Origin: Bacteroidota bacterium
GTDB taxonomy: Bacteria > Bacteroidota > Ignavibacteria > UBA10030 > UBA8401
DNA: 64,000 nucleotides
Direction: 5' to 3'
NCBI GenBank assembly: GCA_008933835.1
Contig: WBUG01000001.1
Span: 56,423-120,422, forward strand
In this document: in pieces, positions 21,624 to 32,889 of the stretch
How positions within the stretch are numbered: the stretch's first letter is position 1
Layout of the letters: each line of letters opens with the position of its first letter
Position numbers and translations under genes: made by a program
Notes under the pieces: generated by a model
Told to the model about the DNA's origin: nothing
Seen by the model: the letters and a program-made list of their open reading frames with translations, nothing else
Database searches by the model: none

Positions 21624-23363
21624 ATGGCACAAGAGAAGGATGTACTCATCGACGAGAAGCTGTACACCGATGAGGAAATGAAACAGATGATGGAGATGTA
21701 CGAAGGAACTCTGGGGAAGATCACCCAGGGCGAGATCGTGAAAGGCCGCATCGTCTTCATCGGACAGAACGATATCTCGCTCGATATCGGCTTCAAGTCC
21801 GAAGGCACCGTTCCCGTCAACGAGTTCCCGAACATCAAGGAACTGAAGGTCGGGGACGAAGTGGAAGTGTTCCTCGAAAGCATCGAGGACAAGGACGGAC
21901 AGATGGTCCTGTCCCGCAAGCGCGCCGATTTCATGCGCGTGTGGGAGAAGGTCACCCGTTCGTTCGAGACCGGCGAGGTCATCCAGGGAAAGATCATCCG
22001 CCGCATCAAGGGGGGGCTGGTGGTGGACGTGCTCGGCATCGACGCGTTCCTCCCCGGCTCGCAGATCGACGTGCGCCCCGTGCGCGACTTCGACGCCCTC
22101 ATCGGCCGGGACATGGATTTTCGCGTCGTGAAGGTCAACCATCCTTCCGAGAACATCGTCGTCAGCCATAAGATCCTCGTCGAAGAGGAGCTGGCGGACC
22201 AGCGCAAGGGCATCCTCGCCGGCCTGGAGAAGGGACAGATCCTCGAGGGCATCGTGAAGGCCATCGCCGACTTCGGCGTCTTCATCGACCTCGGCGGCGT
22301 CGACGGTCTGGTGCACATCACCGACCTGTCGTGGGGCCGCATCCAGCATCCGTCCGAAGTGGTGAAGCTCGACCAGACGGTGAACGTCGTCGTGCTCGAC
22401 TTCGACCAGGAGAAGCGCCGCATCTCGCTCGGCATGAAGCAGCTGATGCCGCATCCGTGGGAGAAGATCGACGAACGCTATCCGGTCGGCACGAAGGTGT
22501 CGGGCCGCGTGGTGTCGCTCACCGACTACGGCGCGTTCATCGAGATCGAGAAGGGCATCGAAGGCCTCATCCACATCTCCGAGATGAGCTGGACGCAGCA
22601 CGTGAAGCATCCGTCGCAGATGGTCTCGATGGGTCAGGTCATCGAAGCGGTCATCCTCTCGCTCGACGTGTCGGGCAAGAAGATCTCCCTCGGCATGAAG
22701 CAGCTCGAGCCCGATCCGTGGAACACCATCCTGGCGAAGTATCCCATCGGCTCGCGGCATAAGGGCTCGGTGCGCAACCTGACCAACTTCGGCGTCTTCG
22801 TCGAACTCGAGCAGGGCATCGACGGCCTCATCCACATCTCCGATCTGTCGTGGACGAAGAAGATCCGCCACCCCGGGGAAGTGGTGAAGAAGGGCGAGCA
22901 GATCGAGGTCATCATCCTCGGCATCGACGTGGAACAGCGCCGCATCTCGCTCGGTCACAAGCAGCTGAACGACAACCCGTGGGACACCTTCTCGAGCGCG
23001 TACCGCGTCGGGACGGACATCGAAGGGAAGATCGTTCGCATCATCGAGAAGGGGGTCATCGTGGAACTGCCGGCGGGCGTTGACGGCTTCGTGCCGCTCT
23101 CGCAGCTGTCGCAGACGCCCATCAAGAACCTCGCCGAAGCGTTCCAGGTCGGCGATGCGCTTCCGATGACCGTCATCGAGTTCGACGGCGAGAGCAAGAA
23201 GATCGTGCTCTCCGTGGTCGAACATCTCCGCGGCAAGGAACAGAAGGTCATCGACGAGTACGTGGCGAAGCACAAGCTGCCTCCCATCACGCTCAAGGAC
23301 GCCCTTCCGATCGCCCTGACCGCCGATGAGAAGCGCGCCATCGACGAAGAGTCGAGGAAATGA
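21624..23363 (+). CDS. rpsA: 30S ribosomal protein S1
   Basis: Six S1 repeats (e.g. FGVFIDLGGVDGLVHITDLSW); follows cmk-ispH. The start at ATG 21624 is a judgement call. Confidence 0.96.
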   Translation: MAQEKDVLIDEKLYTDEEMKQMMEMYEGTLGKITQGEIVKGRIVFIGQNDISLDIGFKSEGTVPVNEFPNIKELKVGDEVEVFLESIEDKDGQMVLSRKRADFMRVWEKVTRSFETGEVIQGKIIRRIKGGLVVDVLGIDAFLPGSQIDVRPVRDFDALIGRDMDFRVVKVNHPSENIVVSHKILVEEELADQRKGILAGLEKGQILEGIVKAIADFGVFIDLGGVDGLVHITDLSWGRIQHPSEVVKLDQTVNVVVLDFDQEKRRISLGMKQLMPHPWEKIDERYPVGTKVSGRVVSLTDYGAFIEIEKGIEGLIHISEMSWTQHVKHPSQMVSMGQVIEAVILSLDVSGKKISLGMKQLEPDPWNTILAKYPIGSRHKGSVRNLTNFGVFVELEQGIDGLIHISDLSWTKKIRHPGEVVKKGEQIEVIILGIDVEQRRISLGHKQLNDNPWDTFSSAYRVGTDIEGKIVRIIEKGVIVELPAGVDGFVPLSQLSQTPIKNLAEAFQVGDALPMTVIEFDGESKKIVLSVVEHLRGKEQKVIDEYVAKHKLPPITLKDALPIALTADEKRAIDEESRK

Positions 23364-23379
23364 CGCGTTGACGCACTCC

Positions 23380-23421
23380 GGTGCGGTCCGCCCCCGCGGC
23401 GGGCCGCACCGTCTTTTTTTT
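23380..23421 (+). terminator. Terminator after rpsA
   Basis: GGTGCGGTCCGC...GCGGGCCGCACC stem followed by T8. Confidence 0.75.
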
Positions 23422-23436
23422 ACGCACACCGCACGC

Positions 23437-24789
23437 ATGAGAGCCTCGTTCTACACACTGGGATGCAAACTGAACTACGCCGAAACGGCGGGCATGGAAC
23501 GCCGGTTCCGTGACCGCGGCTTCGATGTCGTTCCGTTCGCGGAACCGGCCGACGTGTGCGTGGTGAACACCTGCTCGGTCACGGACCGGGCGGACCGCGA
23601 GGCGCGCCAGATCGTCCGTCGCGCCCTCCGCACCTCTCCCGGCGCCTTCATCGCCGTCGTCGGCTGCTACGCGCAGCTCGCGCCGGAGACCATCTCCTCC
23701 ATCGACGGGGTGGACCTCGTCCTGGGGGCCAGCGAGAAGTTCCGGCTCTTCGATTATGCCGGCGACTTCCGGAAGTTCGACGTGCCGCGCATCCATGTGG
23801 GGCGCATCGACGATGCGACCGATTTCGGTCCGGCCTATTCGGCGGGGGCGGACGACCGCACCCGCGCGTACCTCAAGGTGCAGGACGGCTGCGATTTCAA
23901 CTGCGCCTTCTGCACCATCCCGCTCGCCCGGGGCGGAAGCCGCAGCCAGTCGGTCGCCGCCACCGTGGAGCAGGCGCGCAGCATCGCCGCGATGGGCTAT
24001 CGTGAAGTGGTACTGACCGGCGTCAACGTCGGGGATTACGGCAAAAAGGAAGGCACGACGCTGCGGGCGCTGCTGCAGGAGCTGGAAGGGGTGGAGGGGA
24101 TCGAACGCATCCGCGTCAGTTCCATCGAACCGAACCTGCTCACGGACGATCTCCTCTCGTACTGGCTCTCCTCCCGAAAAGTGTGCCGGCATTTCCACAT
24201 ACCGCTGCAGAACGGGACGGACGGCATGCTCCGCTCGATGCGCCGGCGGTACACCGCCGAACAGTACCGGGACCTGATCGGGTCCATCCGCAAGGCGGAC
24301 CCCGATGCGGGCATCGGCGCGGACGTCATCGTCGGTTTCCCCGGTGAAACGGAGGACGTGTTCGAACGGAACTTCGAGTTCATCCACGCGCTGCCGGTGA
24401 GCTACCTGCACGTGTTCACGTACTCCGAACGCCCGAACACCCCCTCCATCGTCTTTCCCGGTCGCATCGAACCGCGGGTGCGTTTCTCGCACAGCGACAG
24501 GCTGCGCGTGCTGGGACAGATGAAACGCTCGGAGTTCGGCCGGACGCAGGCGGGCTCTGTGCGTCCCGTGCTCATCGAGGGGACCATCGAGAACAATCGG
24601 CTGTCCGGATACACCGACAATTATGTGCGTGTGGAAGTGCCGTACCATCCCTCGCTGGAGAACGCCGTGGCGGAGGTCCGCATCGGTCCGTTCAACGGCG
24701 ACGCCTGTGAAGGGGAGATCGTGGCGTTGCGGACCGGCGGCGCTCCGATCCTTGCCGACATTCCCGTGGTGAACGGACGAAACGAATGA
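23437..24789 (+). CDS. mtaB: tRNA t6A37 methylthiotransferase (radical SAM)
   Basis: TLGCKLN, NTCSVT, GCYAQ, KVQDGCDFNCAFC, SSIEP, and a TRAM-like C-terminus. Confidence 0.92.
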   Translation: MRASFYTLGCKLNYAETAGMERRFRDRGFDVVPFAEPADVCVVNTCSVTDRADREARQIVRRALRTSPGAFIAVVGCYAQLAPETISSIDGVDLVLGASEKFRLFDYAGDFRKFDVPRIHVGRIDDATDFGPAYSAGADDRTRAYLKVQDGCDFNCAFCTIPLARGGSRSQSVAATVEQARSIAAMGYREVVLTGVNVGDYGKKEGTTLRALLQELEGVEGIERIRVSSIEPNLLTDDLLSYWLSSRKVCRHFHIPLQNGTDGMLRSMRRRYTAEQYRDLIGSIRKADPDAGIGADVIVGFPGETEDVFERNFEFIHALPVSYLHVFTYSERPNTPSIVFPGRIEPRVRFSHSDRLRVLGQMKRSEFGRTQAGSVRPVLIEGTIENNRLSGYTDNYVRVEVPYHPSLENAVAEVRIGPFNGDACEGEIVALRTGGAPILADIPVVNGRNE

Positions 24790-24844
24790 ACAGGTGAACA
24801 CAGGAACCTTGCGACGGCGTTCACCATACATTCGGAGGTACTCT

Positions 24845-25582
24845 ATGACGCTCATCCGTTCCGCTCTCATCCTTATTGTCGCAGTCACCACCGGCGCGGC
24901 GCAGAACACGCTCGACCGTCTCCGTTCGGAACTGTCATCTCCGGTCCCGGCACCGCCGCTCCCGGTGGCCCAGGAGCTCGTTCCAGAGACCGGACGCCGA
25001 TCACCGGCGACGGCCGCGTTCTATTCGCTCCTTGTCCCGGGCATGGGGGAATGGTACGCCGGCCGGTTCGACATCGGCCGCTATTCGCTCATCGCCGAAG
25101 GGACCTTATGGCTCTCGTATTACTCTCTCCAGCGGTACGGTTCGTGGATACGCGACGACGCGCGTTCCTTCGCCGTCATCCACGCCGGAGCATCGCTCGC
25201 GGGGAAGGACGACCAGTACTTCGTGGACCTCGGCAACTTCATGGACACAGAGGAGTACAACGCCAAAAAGCTGACCGACCGTACGCCGGAACTGCTCTAT
25301 GACCCCGATGCGGGATATCGGTGGAGATGGGATTCGGACGTGAAGCGGCGGGAGTACCGCAGCATGCGCGTGGCGGGCGAGACGGTCTTCAACACATCAA
25401 AGTTCGTCATCGGCGCGGTGGTGGTGAACCACCTCATCAGCGCCGTGAACGCCGTACGGCTGGCGAAGCAGCACAACGACGGTCTGACCGATGGGGCCGG
25501 CGCCTGGCGGCTCGAGTCGTCCGTCACACGGATCGGGGAGAGGCCGGACGGCATCACGGTGAGCGTGGTCCGGACGTTCTAG
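24845..25582 (+). CDS. Exported/outer-membrane hypothetical protein
   Basis: GGAGG RBS, signal peptide, SLLVPGMGEWYAG motif and a terminal ..VSVVRTF strand. Confidence 0.65.
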   Translation: MTLIRSALILIVAVTTGAAQNTLDRLRSELSSPVPAPPLPVAQELVPETGRRSPATAAFYSLLVPGMGEWYAGRFDIGRYSLIAEGTLWLSYYSLQRYGSWIRDDARSFAVIHAGASLAGKDDQYFVDLGNFMDTEEYNAKKLTDRTPELLYDPDAGYRWRWDSDVKRREYRSMRVAGETVFNTSKFVIGAVVVNHLISAVNAVRLAKQHNDGLTDGAGAWRLESSVTRIGERPDGITVSVVRTF

Positions 25583-25616
25583 GACGAAGCCCCGACCGGT
25601 TCGGGGCTTTTTCATT

Positions 25617-26345
25617 ATGAGGAACATCAGGCTCGATATCGAATACGACGGCACCGGTTTCGTCGGCTGGCAGCGACAGCGCAACGGCCGCAGTGTGCAG
25701 CAGGAGCTGGAGGAGGCGCTCGTGCGCGTCACCAGACACCCGAGTGACGTCATCGGCGCCGGCCGGACCGACTCCGGCGTGCATGCCCGCGGACAGGTCG
25801 CGAACACGATGACACCCTCGGTGATGACGGACCGCGAACTCTTCCGCGCATTGAACGGCGTTCTGCCGGACGATATCGCCGTCCGCGCGGTCACCGAGGT
25901 GCCGGAATCGTTCTCCGCCCGGTACAGCGCAACGGCGCGGGAGTACCGGTACGTCATCCTCACCCTGCCGTCTGCGCTCGAGCGGCGGTTCGGCTGGGAA
26001 TGCCGGTTCGCATTGGACATCGATATGATGAACGGCATTTCCCGTACCATCCTCGGCATTCACGATTTCACCTCCTTCTGCAAGGCCGAGGCGGAGGTGG
26101 ACCACCACCGGTGCGAGGTGCTGGCGGCGGAATGGACCGCGCTGGAGGGAAAGACCGTCTTCATCATCCGCGCGAACCGGTTCCTCCACGGAATGGTACG
26201 GGCGTTGGTCGGAACGATGGTGGACATCGGCCGGGGACATCTGGCGGCATCGGCCTTCCCGGAGATCGTGGCGGCGAAAGACCGGAGCGCGGCGGGTCCC
26301 GCGGCACCGCCGCAGGGACTCTTCCTTGAACGTGTGTTTTATTGA
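25617..26345 (+). CDS. truA: tRNA pseudouridine(38-40) synthase
   Basis: EYDGTGFVGWQRQ, AGRTDSGVHA, FLHGMVR, APPQGLFL. Confidence 0.96.
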   Translation: MRNIRLDIEYDGTGFVGWQRQRNGRSVQQELEEALVRVTRHPSDVIGAGRTDSGVHARGQVANTMTPSVMTDRELFRALNGVLPDDIAVRAVTEVPESFSARYSATAREYRYVILTLPSALERRFGWECRFALDIDMMNGISRTILGIHDFTSFCKAEAEVDHHRCEVLAAEWTALEGKTVFIIRANRFLHGMVRALVGTMVDIGRGHLAASAFPEIVAAKDRSAAGPAAPPQGLFLERVFY

Positions 26346-26370
26346 ATCTCAGACCACTTTACGGTAAATT
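26342..26370 (+). promoter_or_regulatory. Promoter immediately before trpD (probable leaderless mRNA)
   Basis: TTGAAT-N17-TAAATT, with the ATG only 5 nt after the -10 box and no SD sequence. Confidence 0.5.
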
Positions 26371-26375
26371 CTTTC

Positions 26376-27386
26376 ATGATACGCGAAGCGCTGCACGAAC
26401 TCATCGACCGGCAGAACCTGACGAAGCATGCATCGTACACCTGCTTCATGGAGATCATGTCCGGGACCGCCTCCGAAGCGGTCATTGCGGCGTTCCTCAC
26501 CGCACTGCGCATCAAAGGGGAGACCGTTCCCGAGATCGCCGGTGCGGCGCAGGCGATGCGCGAGATGGCGGTGAAGATCGCGTCGGACCGGCCGGACCTT
26601 ATCGATACGTGCGGAACAGGCGGTGACGGACTTGGTACGTACAACATCTCCACCACGGCAGCCCTCATCGCCGCTGCTGCCGGTGCGGCGGTGGCCAAGC
26701 ACGGCAACCGCGCGGTCTCCAGCCGGAGCGGTTCCGCCGACGTACTGAAGGCGCTCGGCGTCAATATTGAACTGCCGAAGGAGGGGGTCGAGCGGTGTTT
26801 GCAGCAGGTCGGCATCGCCTTCCTGTTCGCGCCGATGATGCACGGAGCGATGAAGTACGCGGCTCCGGTCAGAAAAGAGCTCGGCATCCGGACCATCTTC
26901 AACATCCTCGGACCGCTCACCAATCCGGCCGGTGCTCGGCGGCAGCTGCTCGGCGTCTATCGCGCGACGCTGACGGACGTGATGGCGCAGGTGCTGCTCG
27001 ACCTCGGGACGGAAAAAGCGCTCATCGTACACGGGAGCGGCGGCATGGACGAGATCTCCACCGCGGGCGAGACCAAAGTGACAGAGATCCGCGACGGACA
27101 CATCGAATCGCACACGTTCGACCCGGTCTTCGTCGGCATTCCGGTGGCGGAACTGAAGGACATCATGGGCGGCGATGCCGAAGAGAACGCCCGCATCATC
27201 CGGGGGGTGCTGGAGGGACGCAAAGGGGCGCACCGCGACATCGCCCTTCTGAACGCCGGAGCGGCGCTGTACGTCGCCGGGCGCGCATCGTCCATCGCGG
27301 ACGGTGTACGGCTCGCCGCCGATGCGGTGGACACCGGAGCGGCACGGCGTAAACTGAACGAACTCATCGACTTCACACGACAATGA
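26376..27386 (+). CDS. trpD: Anthranilate phosphoribosyltransferase
   Basis: DTCGTGGDG, NISTT, KHGNRAVSSRSGSAD, RTIFNILGPLTNP. Confidence 0.97.
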   Translation: MIREALHELIDRQNLTKHASYTCFMEIMSGTASEAVIAAFLTALRIKGETVPEIAGAAQAMREMAVKIASDRPDLIDTCGTGGDGLGTYNISTTAALIAAAAGAAVAKHGNRAVSSRSGSADVLKALGVNIELPKEGVERCLQQVGIAFLFAPMMHGAMKYAAPVRKELGIRTIFNILGPLTNPAGARRQLLGVYRATLTDVMAQVLLDLGTEKALIVHGSGGMDEISTAGETKVTEIRDGHIESHTFDPVFVGIPVAELKDIMGGDAEENARIIRGVLEGRKGAHRDIALLNAGAALYVAGRASSIADGVRLAADAVDTGAARRKLNELIDFTRQ

Positions 27387-28282
27387 AACGACGCACACTC
27401 GGCAGGACCGGACTCCAGGTCTCTGAACTCGGTTTCGGCGCGCTGGAGATTGGCCGTCACTGGCCCTATTGGCGGCAGGACCGGGAGGACTTCACCCGGC
27501 CCGATGAAGCCTCCGCTGTCCGCGTCCTGCGCGCGGCGATCGACCACGGCATCAACTTCTTCGATACGGCGCCCGCGTATCAGGACAGCGAGCGAATCCT
27601 CGGCAAAGCGTTCAAAGGAGTCCGCGGAGAGGTGCTCATCGGCACGAAGTGCGGCGAATGGTTCGACGGCGAACGCTCCGTCTATGACTACTCCTTTCAC
27701 GAGACGAAGCGGTTCATCGAGAACAGCCTCCGGCAGCTCCAGACCGACTACGTGGACCTGCTGCAGATCCACAGCGCCTCGCTGGAGGTCGTCCGGAAGG
27801 GGGAAACGCTTGCGGCGATGCAGGAGGCGAAGCGGGAGGGGAAGACGCGTTTTCTGGGATTGAGCACGGAGGATCCGGCAGCGGCGCTGGAAGCGGTCTC
27901 GTCCGGTGCCTTTGACGCCGTGCAGGTCAGCTACAACGCGATGAATTCGCTGTTCGCCCGTGAGACCTTCGAAGCCGCCCGCGCAGCGGGTGTGGGGATC
28001 ATCGTCAAAGACGCTGTCGCCCGCGGCAAGCTCTCGGCGAAACTCATTGATGTCACGGACGCCGGTGAACGCGCCGAACTCGAACGGCTGCGCGGCATCG
28101 CTGCGGACGCGGGAATGACGGTCACCGAACTCGCGCTTCGGTTCGTGCTGTCGGACGATCGGGTCTCCACCGTCATCGCCGGCACCAAGAGCACGGAGCA
28201 TCTCGCCATGAACGCGGCATCGGCCGGACGGGGTCCGTTGCCCGTCGAGGTCCTCCGACGCATCGATGAGGCGGGACGCTGA
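27383..28282 (+). CDS. Aldo/keto reductase
   Basis: LGRTGLQVSELGFG, GINFFDTAPAY, SLRQLQTDYVDLLQIH. Confidence 0.92.
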   Translation: MKRRTLGRTGLQVSELGFGALEIGRHWPYWRQDREDFTRPDEASAVRVLRAAIDHGINFFDTAPAYQDSERILGKAFKGVRGEVLIGTKCGEWFDGERSVYDYSFHETKRFIENSLRQLQTDYVDLLQIHSASLEVVRKGETLAAMQEAKREGKTRFLGLSTEDPAAALEAVSSGAFDAVQVSYNAMNSLFARETFEAARAAGVGIIVKDAVARGKLSAKLIDVTDAGERAELERLRGIAADAGMTVTELALRFVLSDDRVSTVIAGTKSTEHLAMNAASAGRGPLPVEVLRRIDEAGR

Positions 28283-29139
28283 TGACGCTGCACGACGGAA
28301 ACGGCGGATGGTTCCGCTCCCTGCTCGAACGGCTGACCGGCAGGTCACGCTCCAAGGCGGTCTCGGAAGAGGAGATCACCCAGATCCTTGAGGAAGGGGA
28401 GCGGAGCGGCGCCATCGACCGGACGGAGCATGAGCTCATCAAGTCCATCTTCGAGTTCACCGACACCACGGTGAAGGAGATCATGGTGCCGCGCACCGAC
28501 GTGTTCGCGGTGGACATCGCCACGCCGCGCGACCGGATGATCCAGATGCTCATCGACCAGGGGTACACCCGCGTCCCGGTGTACCGCGACACCATCGACC
28601 GCATCGTCGGCATCATCTACACCAAGGACCTGCTCGGCGTACTGGAACACCGCGACCTCATCCTGCTGCAGGACATCCTGCGTCCGCCGTACATGGTGCC
28701 GGAATCGAAGAAGATCAGCGTGCTCCTCCGCGAACTGCAGAAGAACCGCCAGCATATGGCGATCGTCATCGATGAGTTCGGCGGTACCGAAGGCATCATC
28801 ACCATCGAAGACATCGTCGAAGAGATCGTCGGCGAGATCCGGGACGAGTACGACGAGGAGAGCTCGGACGTGGTGACGCACGACGACGGTAGCGTCTTCG
28901 TCAACGGCGGCATCACCATCCACGATTTCAACGCGCGCTTCCGTACCGATGTGCCGGAACACGCCGATTACGACACCATCAGCGGCTTCCTGCACACGCT
29001 GGCGGGGAGGCTCCCCGAACTGCACGAAGAGATACGGTACAAGAACGTCACGTTCATCGTGGCGAAGAAGAACGAACGGCGCATCCGCTCCCTCCGCATC
29101 AAGTTCGGGACCGCCGTTCCGGAGAAGGACCATGCATAA
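28282..29139 (+). CDS. CBS + CorC/HlyC domain protein (CorC-like)
   Basis: VKEIMVPR, YTRVPVY, DEFGGTEGIITIEDIVEEIVGEI, YDTISG; no N-terminal TM domain. Confidence 0.88.
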   Translation: MTLHDGNGGWFRSLLERLTGRSRSKAVSEEEITQILEEGERSGAIDRTEHELIKSIFEFTDTTVKEIMVPRTDVFAVDIATPRDRMIQMLIDQGYTRVPVYRDTIDRIVGIIYTKDLLGVLEHRDLILLQDILRPPYMVPESKKISVLLRELQKNRQHMAIVIDEFGGTEGIITIEDIVEEIVGEIRDEYDEESSDVVTHDDGSVFVNGGITIHDFNARFRTDVPEHADYDTISGFLHTLAGRLPELHEEIRYKNVTFIVAKKNERRIRSLRIKFGTAVPEKDHA

Positions 29140-29926
29140 CGTACTTTCCGGCATCCTGGAGAACACCCGCCGCGAAGTGGAGGAACGGAAGACCGCTGTG
29201 CCGTTCGAGACCCTCATTGAACGGGTCGGCACGATGCCCGAAACGGCCGATTTCGGAGCGGCTCTACGGGGCCGCGAGGGTCCGGTCCCCGCATGCATCG
29301 CCGAGATCAAGAAGGCCTCTCCGTCCAAAGGGACCATCACGAAGGATTTCTCCCCCGAACGCATCGCGCGGGAGTACGCCGCGGGAGGGGCCGCCGCGCT
29401 CTCCGTCCTCACGGACGAACGGTACTTCAAGGGCCGGCCGGAGTATGTGGCGCTCGCTCGCCAGCATTCCCGGCTGCCGGTGCTGCGCAAGGACTTCATC
29501 GTCGACGAGTACCAGGTCTTCGAATCGCGCGTCATCGGTGCGGACGCCATCCTGCTCATCGTCGCCGCGCTGTCGGACGCGCAGCTGCGGGCGTACCTCG
29601 CCGCCGCCGCCGACCTTTCACTGGCCGTGCTGGTGGAATGTCATACCAAGGAGGAGATCGACCGTGCGCTCGATGCCGGCGCGGTCATCATCGGCGTCAA
29701 TAACCGCGACCTCACCACCTTCGTCACGGACATCTCCGTTTCGCTCAAACTGAAGCGGTTCATCCCCAACGACCGCATCGCGGTGAGCGAGAGCGGCATC
29801 CGGAACTTCCATACCGTGGAGCAGCTCGCGCAGGCGGGATTCGACGCTGTCCTTGTGGGGGAGCACCTGATGGCGCAGACCGACCGGACGAAGGCGCTGA
29901 AGGAGCTGCTTGGAGGACGCCGGTGA
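29132..29926 (+). CDS. trpC: Indole-3-glycerol phosphate synthase
   Basis: IAEIKKASPSKG, SVLTD, LRKDF, GVNNRDL, SESGI. Confidence 0.96.
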   Translation: MHNVLSGILENTRREVEERKTAVPFETLIERVGTMPETADFGAALRGREGPVPACIAEIKKASPSKGTITKDFSPERIAREYAAGGAAALSVLTDERYFKGRPEYVALARQHSRLPVLRKDFIVDEYQVFESRVIGADAILLIVAALSDAQLRAYLAAAADLSLAVLVECHTKEEIDRALDAGAVIIGVNNRDLTTFVTDISVSLKLKRFIPNDRIAVSESGIRNFHTVEQLAQAGFDAVLVGEHLMAQTDRTKALKELLGGRR

Positions 29927-29927
29927 G

Positions 29928-30563
29928 ATGAAGACGCCCTACCTCATCAAGGTCTGCGGCATCACGAACCCTGCGGACGCTGTCGCCGCCGTCGACGCCG
30001 GAGCGACCGCCATCGGCATCAATTTCTTCACCGGCAGCAAACGGTACGTCGCGCCGGAACGGGCGCGCGAGATCGCCGATGCGGTGCGAGGCCGTGCTGC
30101 CGTCGTCGGAGTGTTCGTGAACGAACCGCTGGAGTCGGCGAAGGCCATCGCCGCTGCAGTGAAGCTCACCTACTGCCAGTTCCACGGCGACGAAACGCCG
30201 GAGTACGTCGGCCGGTTCCAGAACGCGTTCAAAGCGTTCCGCATCGACGATGCGCACCGCAGCATCGACTTCGACGACTATCACTGCCCCGCGTTCCTGC
30301 TGGACGCATATTCGGAGCAGGAATACGGCGGCACCGGCCGGACGTTCGACTGGCTCCTCGCACGCGAAGCGAACGAGTTCGGACGCATCATCGTCGCCGG
30401 CGGTCTGACCCCCGACAACGTCGCGGAGGCGGTCGATACCGCCCAGCCGTGGGGCGTGGACGTCAGCAGCGGCGTCGAATCCGCTCCCGGCGTCAAAGAC
30501 CACAACGCGATGGCCCGTTTCATCACCGCCGCCCGCGCGGCATTCATCCGGCAGACCACATGA
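29928..30563 (+). CDS. trpF: Phosphoribosylanthranilate isomerase
   Basis: [37 protein letters not shown]. Confidence 0.96.
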   Translation: MKTPYLIKVCGITNPADAVAAVDAGATAIGINFFTGSKRYVAPERAREIADAVRGRAAVVGVFVNEPLESAKAIAAAVKLTYCQFHGDETPEYVGRFQNAFKAFRIDDAHRSIDFDDYHCPAFLLDAYSEQEYGGTGRTFDWLLAREANEFGRIIVAGGLTPDNVAEAVDTAQPWGVDVSSGVESAPGVKDHNAMARFITAARAAFIRQTT

Positions 30564-31768
30564 CTACTCCCGCACACCGTCCGTATCCCGATGTCCCGGA
30601 TGCCCGGGGACATTTCGGTGTGTACGGAGGGCGCTATATTCCAGAGACTCTTCTTCCCGCATCCGAAGAGCTCGCCGGATGGTATCACAAGCTGAAGGAC
30701 GACCCGGAGTTCCAGCGTGAGTTCCGGTATTACCTCCGTCACTTCGTCGGACGCGAGACGCCGCTCTATTTCGCCGAACGGCTCACCGAACGCGCCGGCG
30801 GCGCCCGCATCTATTTGAAGCGGGAGGACCTGTGCCACACCGGCGCGCACAAGATCAACAACACCATCGGACAGGTGCTCATCGCCCGGCGGATGGGGAA
30901 GAGGCGCATCATCGCCGAGACGGGCGCCGGTCAGCACGGCGTGGCCACCGCCACCGTCTGCGCGCTCTTCGGACTGCAGTGCGTCGTGTATATGGGAGAA
31001 GAAGACATCGAACGGCAGGCCCCGAACGTCTACCGGATGAAACTCCTCGGCGCCGAAGTGCGTCCGGTCTCCTCCGGCAGCCGCACGCTCAAGGATGCGA
31101 CGAGCGAGGCCATCCGCGACTGGGTCACGAACGTCTCCGATACGTTCTATATCATCGGTTCCGTCGTGGGAATGCATCCGTATCCGATGATGGTGCGCGA
31201 CTTCCAATCGGTCATCGGCGAGGAGACGCGCCGGCAGATCATGGAGGCCGAGGGACGCCTCCCGGACGCCGTCGTCGCCTGTGTCGGCGGCGGGAGCAAT
31301 GCAATGGGCATCTTCCATCCGTTCCTCAATGATACGACCGCGGTACGGCTCTACGGCGTGGAGGCGGCCGGACACGGCATCGACACGGACCGTCATGCCG
31401 CGGCGCTCGCCAAAGGCTCACCCGGCGTGCTGCACGGTTCCATGCAGTACCTGCTGCAGGACGCCGACGGACAGATCGGGATCGCGCACTCCATTTCGGC
31501 GGGACTCGATTACCCCGGCGTCGGACCCGAACATTGCTACCTGAAGGATGAAGGGTACGTCACGTATGTTTCTGTGACGGACGACCAGGCGCTCGAAGCG
31601 GTGAAGGAACTCTCCCGCCATGAGGGGATCATCCCGGCGCTCGAATCGGCTCATGCCGTCCATTTCGCGCGCACCCTCGCTTCCGGCCTGCCACCTTCGT
31701 CGGTCATCGTCGTCAACCTCTCCGGTCGCGGTGACAAGGACCTCGGAACCATCATGAAGACTCTCTGA
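30560..31768 (+). CDS. trpB: Tryptophan synthase beta subunit
   Basis: [51 protein letters not shown]. Confidence 0.97.
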   Translation: MTTPAHRPYPDVPDARGHFGVYGGRYIPETLLPASEELAGWYHKLKDDPEFQREFRYYLRHFVGRETPLYFAERLTERAGGARIYLKREDLCHTGAHKINNTIGQVLIARRMGKRRIIAETGAGQHGVATATVCALFGLQCVVYMGEEDIERQAPNVYRMKLLGAEVRPVSSGSRTLKDATSEAIRDWVTNVSDTFYIIGSVVGMHPYPMMVRDFQSVIGEETRRQIMEAEGRLPDAVVACVGGGSNAMGIFHPFLNDTTAVRLYGVEAAGHGIDTDRHAAALAKGSPGVLHGSMQYLLQDADGQIGIAHSISAGLDYPGVGPEHCYLKDEGYVTYVSVTDDQALEAVKELSRHEGIIPALESAHAVHFARTLASGLPPSSVIVVNLSGRGDKDLGTIMKTL

Positions 31769-31779
31769 GCGATGCGCCC

Positions 31780-32889
31780 ATGCACATCCTTCATGCGTTG
31801 ACGCACAGCGTGCATGGCGGCGGACAAGCGGTCCCGTACCAGCTCGTTCGCCATCTCCAGCGCCGGCGTCCGGACGTTCGCAACACGGTGATGCTGCCAG
31901 AGGGCGGGGTATATGTGGATACCTTCCGGGAGACCGGCGCATCGGTCGTCACCTTCCCGCTCAATACGCTCGCTTTCCGGAGCGCTGTCACCATCCGCGG
32001 CACTGTCAGCCGTATCGCGCCGGACATCATCCACACGCACGGCCGCGGAGCCGGTCTCTACCTCCGTACGCTCCCGGCCGGCGTCACCGCCGCCCGGCGA
32101 GTCCATTCCCACCACGGTTTCCACCTGCCGGAACATTGGCCGCACAGCACCGTTTTCCGCATCGCTGAAGAGCGATTCCTGCAAAGGACGGACGCCGTCA
32201 TCGCCGTATCGGAGAGCGAGAGGGAGGTCATTCTCCGGACCAATCCCGGGTCACAGCCGAAGGTCACGGTCATCCGGAACATCGTCGACGCCGGCGAGGT
32301 TCGTCGCCGTGCTCTGGTTCCGGACAGCGGTGCTGCGGACATTCTTCACGAGATGGAGCGATACCCGACGGTCATCATGGTCGGCCGTGACGATCCCGTG
32401 AAGAACCATCCGCTCGCCTTCCGGGCCGCCGCGACGGTGCTGCGAGAGTCGACGGAACCGCGCTTTGTGTTCGTCGGCATAACACCCGCCGTTCCGGGTT
32501 TCCGTTCGCTGTCGGATGATTTCCCCGGACGCGTGCATGCCGCCGGCCTCGTCGCGAATCCGCTGCCGTTCATCGCACAGAGCGCGCTGCTCCTCATGAC
32601 GTCGAAACGTGAAGGCTCTCCGCTCGCCGTGATGGAAGCGGCGGCGCTCGGTGTCCCCGCGGTGGCGGTCCGTACACGCGGTCTGGACGAAGCGGTCCGA
32701 GACGGAGAGACCGGTCTTCTTACCGGCGACAAGGCGGAGGAGGTCGCTGCGGCCGTTCTTCGCTGTCTGTCGGACTCCCGCCGGCTGAAGCGCCTGTCCG
32801 AAGGCGCCCGTGCCGCGGCGGATGCCTGGGACCTCGATGCATGGATGGAGAAGTACCTCGCCGTCTACGCCGGAGCGACCGCATGCTGA
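31780..32889 (+). CDS. Glycosyltransferase family 4 (GT-B)
   Basis: GGGQ, PDIIHTH, KNH, EGSPLAVMEAAALGVP, ETGLL. Confidence 0.88.
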   Translation: MHILHALTHSVHGGGQAVPYQLVRHLQRRRPDVRNTVMLPEGGVYVDTFRETGASVVTFPLNTLAFRSAVTIRGTVSRIAPDIIHTHGRGAGLYLRTLPAGVTAARRVHSHHGFHLPEHWPHSTVFRIAEERFLQRTDAVIAVSESEREVILRTNPGSQPKVTVIRNIVDAGEVRRRALVPDSGAADILHEMERYPTVIMVGRDDPVKNHPLAFRAAATVLRESTEPRFVFVGITPAVPGFRSLSDDFPGRVHAAGLVANPLPFIAQSALLLMTSKREGSPLAVMEAAALGVPAVAVRTRGLDEAVRDGETGLLTGDKAEEVAAAVLRCLSDSRRLKRLSEGARAAADAWDLDAWMEKYLAVYAGATAC